Below are positions 53,195 to 64,000 of a stretch of DNA of 64,000 nt, piece after piece. The stretch lies in assembly GCA_012295275.1 (NCBI GenBank), contig CM022665.1:26350001-26414000 (forward strand), in the 5' to 3' direction. The position numbers and the translations under genes are program-made. Under the pieces are notes generated by a model that saw only the letters and a program-made list of their open reading frames with translations, was not told where the DNA came from and did not search any database. The DNA comes from Chrysomallon squamiferum (taxonomy: Eukaryota; Animalia; Mollusca). Every line of letters starts with the position of its first letter. Within the stretch, counting starts at the first letter, position 1.

Positions 53195-56100
53195 TGTTGT
53201 TGTTGTTGCTGTTTAATCATTTATGAGGCAGAGTACACTTGCACATGTGATTTCACTCAGTTGGATTGTTATCATTATATTTTTATACAGCCTTCAAAAA
53301 TTTATTATTAAAATACTCTCAAATTCATACATTTATTTTTATTTGTAATCTGTTCATAAATTTATTTTCAGTTCATATAATAATTATAAATTCAAGTTGT
53401 GCGAATTGTACAATAAATATTTATATTCTGTGATTATTTTCAGAGTTCAAATGATACATTTCCTACCGCTATGCATGTTGCTGTTGGTCTAGATATAAAC
53501 AATCTTCTTATTCCTGCTCTTGAGAATCTGAGAGATGCTCTCAATTCAAAAGCCAAGGAATTTAAAGAAATAATCAAAATTGGACGAACACATACACAGG
53601 TATGTTATAACAAAATGTTCATTTAATATCTGTCCTCATGCTTGTGCACACATATGCAGACATGTATACATAAATACACACACACAAACACACACACACA
53701 CTCAGCTGTGTTATTTTATATCTGATCAGTTGCAAACAAACACATACATAGGTGTGTTATAACAAAATAACCATTTAATGTTTATACTGTTGAATGGACA
53801 CATATACAGGAATGCTGAATAAAATGAATTTTTAGTTTCTTCTTTTTTCTTTGTTTTCTACCAGTGGAATTAAATGTAAACATTAGAGAAATTTAATTAC
53901 ATCCTTTTGCTGGCTGATTTTGATATCAGTGTGAAGTGTAACAACAATTTAGTGTTGAGCATAATATTTTGTTTCCATTCAAACTCTGTGTGACATAGTA
54001 CATCTTTATCTGATATAAATGTAGTTCTGTATCCTCATAATACCCTCTTAAAAAATAACAACCCATTCAAAACAACAACTAAACAATTTAGCTTCTTATG
54101 TTTGTTTTGATACATATTGTTAATTATTAATTTGTTAATTTTATAAATAAAAATAAGATATTTATGTTTTTTTTTTTTTTAACAGGATGCTGTGCCTTTG
54201 ACTTTAGGCCAAGAATTTGGAGGATATGTTCAGCAGATTGATTATGGGATAGAACGGATAAAAACTTCTTTACCACGACTGTATGAACTTGCTGCTGGTA
54301 CATTAGTGTTTAGAATTCCAGTCGCCCTAATATTTTCAACTTTTAATTAAAACCATTATTAAATATAAATTAAAATAGTTTGCAATTTTTCCTTTGTTTT
54401 TTCTTTCCGTTTCATTATTAGTCTTAGTTGCTTAAAATAAATGCACTTACCATTTGTGTGTGAATTGTCCCAGAAATTTCTATAAACAGTTTTTATTTTT
54501 TATGTTTTCATCATTATTACACATTTTAGTAGCATTGTATAGTTATAAGATAAACATCAATTTCATTGATGTACATGCCTGTGTTAGGAATTATAACTGT
54601 AGAAGTGCCTGTATTGTTAAACGTGTGTCACTAAATCTTCTTTCAATTATTTGGTATCTATTAACCGTTTGGTTTCTAAATTCTTTGCAAATGAACTTTT
54701 AGTTAATTTGTGATACTTTTAATGTTACCATTTTTACATTAAATATAGCCAAATGAGATGATTTCTTCAAAATTGTTAAATATTTATAATTTAAAAAAAA
54801 GAAAAAAAAAAAGATATAGTTCGAACATTTTCTACTAGTGAATATTATTGACACAATTAGAAATAGGCATTTAAAAAAGTGATAAGAAAACAAATATTTA
54901 CTTTATATCTACATTTGTTTATCTATCTATATCCATACATACATATTTTTAGGTGGAACTGCTGTGGGAACAGGTTTAAACACAAAAATTGGTTTTGCTG
55001 AGAAAATTGCAGATGAAATTGCAAACTACACAGGTAATCGTAAGATTAAAAAAATCCAACTAAACAAAACTTTTTATTAGAATATTTGTAGAGGACATAC
55101 TTTTGATTTTAATAAATAAACTATTATGAAATTCTTAACGTTTCAATTTGTTTCAGATATTTGTGTATTAGTATTTTTTTCTGCACATTATTGCCAGTAT
55201 GCATTAAGTATTAAATGCAGTGTAAAGACTCTTCCTTTTAAATCTAAAATAATGATAAAATAGTCTAACTTTTGAGGTTTTAACATGAACAATGTATATG
55301 TGTGTATTTTGCAAATTAGACTAAAAAATTAATCTTTTGGGTTTCCAGGTCTACCTTTTGTTACTGCAAAAAACAAATTTGAAGCTCTGGCTGCTCATGA
55401 TGCCATGGTCGAAGTTCATGGATCTCTCAATGTGCTGGCCTGCAGTGTGATGAAAATTGCCAATGACATTCGATTTCTTGGTTCAGGTCCTAGGTGCGGC
55501 TTTGGAGAATTGTCACTGCCTGAAAATGAACCAGGCAGCAGCATTATGCCAGGTAATGATAATTAAACGTAGAAGAATTTATCATTTAATTTAAATATAT
55601 AGAAATGTTTTTTTTTTAAATCCTTTTAAATTGATTTTATATATATATATATTTTTTTTTTTTTTTCTTTTCTTTTCTTTTCTTTAAGCCAGAAACCTTT
55701 TGTGATATTATGAAAATACATTTTAATAATCTTCTAAATATAATTTAGTCAATCAGGTTTTAGATATATGAAATTCAAAATATAAAAATTATTATTTATT
55801 ATTATTGTTATTAGTTGTTATTTTAAATAATTTATTCTTTACATTTCTCTCCTATTTCTTGATTTTTTATTTTTTTTTTATTTGACAATTTATTCTTAAA
55901 TTTTAAAAACACACCCACACACGTTTTATCAGATGGAAACTATATGATGTTTTAATTTTATAATTCTGTTTATCAGGAAAGGTGAATCCTACTCAGTGTG
56001 AAGCCATTACCATGGTAGCAGCCCAGGTGATGGGCAATCACACAGCTGTGACAATTGGAGGCAGTAATGGTCACTTTGAGCTGAATGTCTTCAAGCCTTT

Positions 56101-56401
56101 GATAGTCCGAAATGTCCTTCAGTCAGTACGTCTGCTTGCAGATGCATCCGTTTCATTTTCAAAGAACTGTGTTCTGGGAATTCAGGCCAACAGAGAAAAC
56201 ATCAACAATTTGCTAAATCAGTCTTTGATGCTTGTGACAGCACTTAATCCATACATTGGTTATGACAATGCTGCCAAGGTTGCTAAGTTAGCTCACAATG
56301 AGGGGATTACTCTAAAACAAGCTGCTCTGAAACTAGGAGTTCTCACGGAAGAGGAGTTTGATAAATACGTCAGGCCAGAAAAAATGTTAGGGCCTAAATA
56401 A
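51213..56401 (+). CDS. FH: Fumarate hydratase (class II fumarase), mitochondrial/cytosolic, 9 exons, ~476 aa
   Basis: Exons: 51213-51257, 51689-51808, 52235-52345, 52917-53093, 53444-53599, 54186-54297, 54953-55033, 55349-55552, 55977-56401 (1431 nt, phase-consistent). Motifs: [52 protein letters not shown]-terminal [10 protein letters not shown]. Exon 1 is the least certain. Confidence 0.96.
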
Positions 56402-59338
56402 TGACAAAATTATCATTGCTGTTCTGCATAAAGTAGCCAGTGATAAAAGTGAACTTGATGAAAAGTGCAATTTTAAGTAGTTAATATAAATTTAAATATG
56501 ATGAAATTTCTAAATAGAAAGTCTTTAGTGCATATTTCTTTATGAAATTTACTAAATTAACCAAATTTACCAAAGTAGGACATTTTTCAAAACTGTTAAG
56601 TCAGATAATAGTCGTATTTAGAAATCAGGGATCTTCTGTATTTTCAGCATTGCCTTAAATACTTCCTTAAGTATAATGTTATTAGGAAATGAGAGGGAAT
56701 ATTTTATGCAAGTCATTAAGTATCAATATAATTTTTGTTTTAGTTAATATGTTTTTTATGCTTTCAGTCATTTTACTTCAGTCAGTCCTTGCAGCTAAAA
56801 ATTTTGCTTGACGAGTATATTTTTAAATTTCAGAACAGACCATATTTGTCTGTTTTCTGCCCTATTGCATACATTACATTGAACTCTAACACATTTTTTT
56901 AAGTATATTTTTTGAGATATTTTGTGCTCATGGAATTTTGACAATCAATCTGTATTTACAAAAAAGATATTTGTACATATTTTACAGTTACTTTTATTTT
57001 GAAGTGCTTTTCTGTTTCAAATAAAGGTGAGGTGTAACATATTGAAAAATGTATTATATTTACAAACATGCATTTACTGTAGAAGTTTGCTTTTATTATT
57101 TGATTATTATTGCATTATGAGAATAGGTTTTAAAAATTATTTCTCTTTATTGTTGCAGATATATACCTGAGGTTGTTTTAAATATTTTGTTAACTTTGAC
57201 ATTCCATATTATCTTGCTGCAGGTAGATGGTGTCAGTATAGTAAATATACTGTGTATATTTCAATGTGTGATTTTTGTAAAGACTTGGTAACAGTATATA
57301 TTTTATTACCATACATTTTTGGATTTAGAAGGAATAAAGTAGATGAATCAATTTTGTTTTGTTTTCTTTTTGTGTAATTCAGATAAACCAACAAATATCT
57401 TGGACCAGCACTCATTAAAAAGTGTTCAAAACATGGAATCCAGATTACTCCTGTCAACTAAAACATTTTTATTATTAATTTATTTAATTATTTTTCTAAG
57501 GGGTATATACACTTATTGGAAAAATTATGCTGAAAACAGAATTCATTTTTAGAATGGATGGAGGAACATGAGAACTCGAGTCCTCCAAACTGACTTCTGT
57601 ATCCCACTCTTTTCATAACTGAGATACATTTGTAAACATGTTCAAATGCTTTGATAATTATTTATTTTAAACAGAGATTGACAGGACCAAGAATACCATT
57701 TTCCTTTGCTTTGTCGTCAGTTTTTCTTGCAAGTTTTTAATTATTTTGGTGTAAATTTATTAGTTTTTGCTTTATTAGTTTCTGACTAGAAAATGTTTGG
57801 CATATACAAAACACTTTTTTTTAGGTCTCATATTTATTTTACATAAATACATCAACAATAAACTAAAGATCAACAAGAAAAGGTTCCAAGAATACATATT
57901 TCAAATGAATATAAAAATGCCCAAATTTTATCACTTTGATTTCAGCCTTCTGCTGTAGCTTAAGTGTAAAATTTATGTCTTTAGTGGTATTATTTCAACA
58001 ACTTGATGTAAAATATAATTAATATAATTCAATGGTTTTCTTAAAATACTAAAAATAATTAATGTTAGGAATCACCAATATGTTTTCAATTATTTGATAT
58101 TAATTTTAATTAATATATCATTTTTGTTAATTTTGTTCTTTATCAAAAACATACTGCATTAAGTTTGTAAAATATGTTAACATGAATGATTAAGGAAACT
58201 GTGCAGGTATAAAATTAATTAATTGGACATTTGTTATTGTTAAAATAAAATTTTAAAATTTCAGGAATGAAAATAAAATTTATTATCATGTTAAAGTAAA
58301 GCTGTACTAATAAACTAAATTTTAAAAATTAAGATAATAAAATAAATTCCAGCTGCACAGGCATATCAAAGTTGTTCTTTAGATTAAAACAACTATAACA
58401 GAAACAATTTAAAAAACAAAACATAACATATACTAAATAAATATGTCTATGTAAGTACAAAAGTGATGTTTTACTCAAAAACAAAAATGTTTTGTTTACT
58501 ATGAAGCTTTTCAGATTTTGAATAATGGATTACTGACCTGAACAATATAATGAAACAAGATTTAAAGAGTAATTTCTTAAAACATGTTGCTTTAACTCTT
58601 CCTACCATTTTACAAATGTTTACAAATAACAAGAATAACACAGTTAACCATACAATAAACTATAAACATTTTTATTTTTATATATTACATATTCTGCCAC
58701 TAGTGTACTACAGATATTTTAATTTCTTTATTAAAGCAATATCTATATAATCTTTCATCTTTTAATATCTATAAATATTTCATAAAAACAAAAATGAAAA
58801 AAAATAAATAAATAAAAATAAATATATAAAAAGTAACAGAAACCATTAATAAAATTTATCAAAAAGTATATATACAAATATAAAAATGTTACATAAAAAC
58901 AGTACAATACTTTCAAGGCTACACATACTAAGTCACGTTTTAAAACATTTAATTAAGAACAGACATATCTGTATTTCTGCACATTAATATATGCTGCCAA
59001 TATTAATAATGCATAAACTTCAGTGTACCAGACATTTGTTTATCTATATTTTAACTTGCTATTAAAAAAAAAAAAAAAAAAAAGAGAGACAGATACTGTT
59101 AACCCTTTAGGCATCACTGACAATACATTTTGACATAATGCACAAGTTTAAGTTAAGTCCTAATATATCATTACCCAAAATACCTGGTGCTCGGAAGTGT
59201 GTGTTGCACCAAAAGGTTTAAAAAAGAAATTTCACAGATAATCTGAATTTTTTAAATAATCTTATCACTATTTATCATTTATGAAAATGAAATCATTAGA
59301 GAATAACATAACTTAAAGCAAATAAAATGTTTCAGATC

Positions 59339-59577
59339 CAGGGCAGATCCAGGACTGTGTTTTGTTTGAGAAGTTAGGCTACGTCTGCCAGAGATTAAGC
59401 AGTACAAAAAGTGCTGACCTCAGTAATTTAAAGAACTAAAATGAATCAGTGACATTTTTAATGAATATAAAATGTGTATTTATAAATGTGCTTACAAGCA
59501 GTTTGAACTGTAACAATTTTGGTCTGTTGTCTACAGAGATCCACATTTCCTTCAGTCACATTGCTGGATCTGCACTT
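59339..59577. mobile_element. Decayed hAT-like MITE
   Basis: Ends cagggcagatccagga and gctggatctgcactta form imperfect inverted repeats of the CAGGGGCGGATCCAG type. Confidence 0.45.
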
Positions 59578-59949
59578 ACTACAAACACAGTATGACATGA
59601 TTTAGTACCGAAGACTAAATATTAATAATAATTATATATAATATAACTATTTATAGTGTGTTTGTAATTATTGCTTATAATCTTATGCTTGTATTTATTA
59701 ACAACAGTCTATGTATCTATATCAAGTTATCACTATTATATTTATTTTCACTTATAATATATAAATTTGAAACAAATTTAACTATCAACAAACAGTACAG
59801 ATTACATAAGAAACACAACAGATAACTGACACAAATTAGCTCCATAATATCGCACCGACCAATACAATGGTTAAATAAGACAGACAGTATAAATTCCCAA
59901 AAGAAACTGCAACAGTCAACATAATTTGCCTTAACAAGCCATAAATGTC

Positions 59950-60135
59950 AATTTCAGAGCAATTCTATTGGAATGATTGGTGAAAATAAAATTTGTAATT
60001 TCAGAGCAATTCTATTGGAATGATTGGTGAAAATACAATTCATAATTTCAGAGCAATTCTACTGGAATGATTGGTCAATTTAAAATTTGTAATTTCAGAG
60101 CAATACTACCAGAATAATTTGTCAAAGTAAAATTA
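59950..60135. repeat. 47-bp minisatellite, about 4 copies
   Basis: Unit aatttcagagcaattctattggaatgattggtgaaaataaaatttgt starts at 59950, 59997, 60044 and 60091. Confidence 0.92.
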
Positions 60136-60634
60136 ACTTTGCTGGAATAAATCAAAATAAAATATGGGACACAGTGTAATTTTTAAAATACTTACTGTTA
60201 TTAGTTATTCATTTAGGAAATATGAACAACTAAATTGATTAATTAAGGATAAAAAAATGTATTCCAAGATAATGCACCAATAATAAATATTAAATAACCT
60301 GATCATTCTTGTAATCTTTCTCAAATACAATAATATATCAATACAGATATCTAAAATTGGAGAAAATTCCTCTAAAACTTGATATCACTTCAATACACTA
60401 TGATACAGAAGTCATTACTGAGATAATCTCTCCAAAATAAAGGATTTTATTGGATCAGACACCAAGGATATATAAAAACCCATCATAAGAGTCCCTCTGA
60501 AACAAGTAATTTAGTTTGAGACAATCACCTAGTAGTGAACTGTTACATCCAGTACCAACTTTTATGTGATAATGAGTAATATGAGTCTTCATTCTGCATC
60601 TGTTTACAAAATGTTTCACTCATAATTTGGGGAA

Positions 60635-63600
60635 CTAAGTGGCACTTGCTACTGGATTACAACACAATTTACCAAGTCTCCACAGTGTGACTATCCCCAC
60701 ACCTACCTGAGCCAACCACAGAACAAAAGATACCCACAGAGCTGCCTGAAAAACAATGAAGAAAACTTATATTACTTATAAATGAATGAACAATAATTTA
60801 TTAATTAATTAATAATAACAGTTTATGAATTAACATTATCATATAATAATTTTTAAATTAGTAAATATGATGCGATCTGCGAAAAGGATTACATGGTGTA
60901 TAAGGTAAAAATTAGAAAAAGTTAAAAACACTGTATATACAAAATGTTAAGGATCACATGAATAAAGCCTGATATTTTATACAGTTTTTTAACTGAATTT
61001 TTCTGAATTATTTATGCATAGGTATGTCCTTTTATTGTAACAAAACCAGGTGCAATCAAGCTAGAGAAAACATTTAAGCAATTTCAAAAATTTAACAAAA
61101 TAATCAGTTGATCATTAAAAAAATGAAGTAAAATCAAACTGTTTTTGGACACCATCCAGTGGGCTTTTGCAGATCACACAACAAATATTAACAGCAATTT
61201 ATGAAGGAATTAAAATCAGTAATTTATCAATGAATAGATATCATTAATTTATAAATTAATTAATAATAATGTTTACAATAAGTTAATATTAAAATTCACA
61301 GTACCATAATAACATGTTTTCAGTACTACCATAGCTTTTTAAACTCCTCTACATTTTATTTTTAACACACTAACACCAACATAAAGTCAATTCGTATACT
61401 TAATTTTTTAGCATTCTGTAACTATATTAAGACTTAGTTTGTCATATGCATCAGCTCATTGACAACAAAATTTACTAGAACTCCACAGTCAGCCAGTTAA
61501 GACTGCTATAACATCTACAACTATATATGAAGAGTTTATATGCAAAACCAGTCTATTTTAGTTGTGTTTTCCATGCAAAAACTATCAATATGATGTGATG
61601 TAAAAAATATTTAAAATAAAAACAATATTTTACTGTATTTTTTAAAAAACCCAGACGTGTCTTCTTTGTGTTAAAAATATTCACATATAGAGCATTATGG
61701 TCTTTCTGCTACAACTAAGATTGGTTAGTATTAAAAATGAACTAACAATCAAAACAACAAAACAGTTGAGTGTTCTACTCAGTGACCTGGAACTTGGTCT
61801 TTGTTCACAGTCAAAGTGTTGTATTTACACTGATATCCCTTGCATTTATCAGGGTGCTATCCTCTTTTACTTTTTCCTGTGTTGAGTAAAGCTGATCATG
61901 TGTATATTTAAGGTCATCCTTGGACAGATGTCATACATGTGTTATCATACACATATTATGTGCATCATATATGAACGAAACAAAGATTGCTGTGTTGCTT
62001 TTTTGTTTGAAACTGAATGAGCACAATTTGCAGAATTAGCTCTTTTCTTATGCCAGCCAGTGAAAGAATCACTGGCTTGTCAGTATCATCAAAGGTGTGA
62101 AATAAGCAACAGATCTGAATTCCAACCAAACTAAACGTGTTACTGCCATCATGAATTCCGAAATGCTGAATGGCTGAATTGAACTTTTGGTCTGTGAACA
62201 AAAAAAAGGAATAGGTGATTTGTCGGTTTTTGGAATGAAACACTGGATTTTGGTATATTATATAGGGGATGTGTTGTTTTCTATGAAAAAAATGGATTTG
62301 ATTATAGTAATGATGGCACCTTCAGCTCTAACATGCTAGTCAGTTTTTCATTTTGACAGGAATGGTGTTTGTCAGTTTTTGCACCTGAACTCTTCATACC
62401 ATAGTTATTTTAATATACAAATTGTGTTTCTGATTACATACCTGAGCAGTGGAAAAGTGATCATAGAAGGAATATCTATCTGCTCCTACAACAACAGCTG
62501 AACAGCTAAAAAAAAAAAAAGTAATTATATATAATTAACATATATATCAAATGAACAGACTGACATTGGAATTGTTTGATATGATACATTTATTTGTTAG
62601 AATGCAGTGATGTATAAAATAATTACTTTCCAAAACATATTAGAAAGATAAAAATCTGAAACTGGTGGGTGTTACAGGAAATATGTATAATTCCTGAAAA
62701 TGTCAGAAAATAAATGCATCACTGAATTGAAAGTAATGTGGCTAGAGTTGATAATAGTCCAAGCAAAATCTACGGTCAAGGGTCTGTAGAAAGAGCAAAC
62801 TGACATTATGGACATGCTTGTTTGTTGGTTTGGAGAAAACAATATAACTGAACGGACTTTTGGAATTTCACTTTTCACAGCAAAATTAAATGTTCCACAT
62901 TTGTGGCACATTTGGGTTTTGAGAGTTGCACTGACCTGTTATCATCTAGCCTCCCTCACGAAAATTATCTACTTGCAGCATCTGCATTGCCAATTTCTTG
63001 AGTGAATCAGAATTTATGCATATTTTATGAAATTTTCATGAATTATACATATTTCTTGATAATATATATTTCCTGTAACATACAAACACATATACATTGA
63101 TTCTGTCCAAAAAAAAAAGACTGTCAAATAAAAAAATAGACCTATAAGTTTTTAGATTTGGACAAAAATTCTTACTCATATATTCCACCAGTTGTATCAT
63201 CACAAACTTGTTTGAAACCAACACTCAGTATACAGCCAGCCACAAATATCAAAAAACAAGCCACCACATCACCAATTACATTGATCAGGAATCCCAATCC
63301 AATCAGATCACTTCTGTAATGAACACATCAGCATTTTTTAAAATAAATTTAAAAATGAAGATGATTATCTGAACAAGAGGACAATTCATTACTGCAAAAC
63401 TGAAAAAAATTTAAAAAATGGAAATACCCCCAAATATTATTTTATTTTTCTACATATACATAAAAGTTTACTTGCAAACATTATGTCAAGATATATTATT
63501 TTAGTTTGTATAAATATTTTCCTGTTAACAAACCAAGTAATATTTATGATTTGTCCCAAAAATGTTTGAATAAGGAATAGATCACCATGTTAAAATTAGA

Positions 63601-63962
63601 TTAAAACTGAGAATGACTTATTTGTATACATGTTTCTATAGGAGGTGAAAAAGTTTATGTTTTCACTAACATCAGATAATAAATGGGTAAAATTTACAAA
63701 ACAAATGATCAAACTCATATGTTCTCAAAATGCAAACTTATTTCAACATTTACGAAGATAAATTTATCATTGTCTGTTACACTCACAATGGATTTAACTT
63801 CCCAATTAAATTGCTGATTCCAGCTCCAGTTAACACCAAACCAAATCCTAAGTTGAGTATGACGGAGGTTGCTACCACATATACACAATTGGAGTCTGGT
63901 CCATATAGAATGTGAACGTTTACTCTTTTACTGTACAGTAAACATTCACCTGAGCTTTTAAC
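60635..63962 (-). CDS. TMEM179/TMEM179B-like multi-pass membrane protein, 3' part (first exon lies beyond the window)
   Basis: Exons: 63962-63787, 63313-63176, 62505-62442, 60745-60635, all phase-consistent. Peptides GECLLYS...GPDSNC, FLIFVAGCILSVGFKQVCD, SFYDHFSTAQ|AALWVSFVLW match the TMEM179 pattern (SVGF..WCD; FYDQF..AQ.GLW.SW..W). Confidence 0.82.
60866..61187. mobile_element. MITE-like element in the last intron of the TMEM179-like gene
   Basis: Left end tgcgatctgcgaaaaggattacatggtgt versus reverse complement of right end tgtgatctgcaaaagcccactggatggtgt. Boundaries are approximate. Confidence 0.55.
61528..62396. mobile_element. Non-autonomous TA-flanked DNA element (~870 bp, mariner-like ends) with an inner inverted repeat
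   Basis: ta|tgaagagtttatatgcaaaa ... tttttgcacctgaactcttca|ta. Inner pair: tttgttcacagtcaaag (~61800) and cttttggtctgtgaacaaa (~62184-62202). Confidence 0.65.
62675..63075. mobile_element. MITE (~400 bp) with long imperfect TIRs, TA-flanked
   Basis: ta|caggaaatatgtataattcctgaaaatgtcagaaaa ... ttttatgaaattttcatgaattatacatatttc...atttcctg|ta. Confidence 0.7.
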
Positions 63963-64000
63963 CTGAAAAAGGCAGGGCAACATACATATGAAAACATTAA

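Noticed and set aside
59099-59221. piggyBac-like mini-element (ttaaccc...aggtttaa)
   Set aside because: The terminal match is too short and imperfect to separate from chance in AT-rich DNA.
59950-60135. 47-bp repeats as a CRISPR array
   Set aside because: The units are head-to-tail with no unique spacers, there are no cas genes, and the context is eukaryotic.
61965-62243. 92-aa ORF as an exon of the TMEM179-like gene or a transposase
   Set aside because: It lies inside a TIR element and has no recognisable motifs. The gene splices in phase from 62442 to 60745 without it.

Overview
This is very AT-rich, intron-containing animal genomic DNA, dense in microsatellites, decayed tRNA-type SINEs and MITEs. 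A gastropod mollusc is my guess from repeat style and gene content (inference only). I reconstructed five protein-coding genes by hand from GT-AG boundaries and phase. (1) A Golgi alpha-mannosidase II-like GH38 gene whose 1088-aa CDS is a single exon (+, 25577-28843). (2) An 8-exon DEG/ENaC/ASIC-family channel (+, 37412-43729, ~483 aa). (3) A 9-coding-exon PhyH-family Fe(II)/2-oxoglutarate dioxygenase (-, 50431-44529) with an apparent 1-nt deletion in exon 7. (4) A 9-exon class II fumarate hydratase (+, 51213-56401), head-to-head with the dioxygenase. (5) The last four exons of a TMEM179-like gene (-, 63962-60635). A ~3.05-kb near-identical direct duplication (3848-6912 and 32927-35972) brackets the mannosidase locus. 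The most notable points are these. The mannosidase keeps its catalytic and holding sites but appears to lack the GlcNAc anchor site, so it may be GnT-I-independent. The channel has lost two disulfides as Cys pairs. The duplication has a TSD-like 7-mer and a T21 at its junction. FH has a dual-ATG layout and probably shares a promoter with the dioxygenase. No rRNA, tRNA gene, CRISPR array or autonomous transposon was seen.
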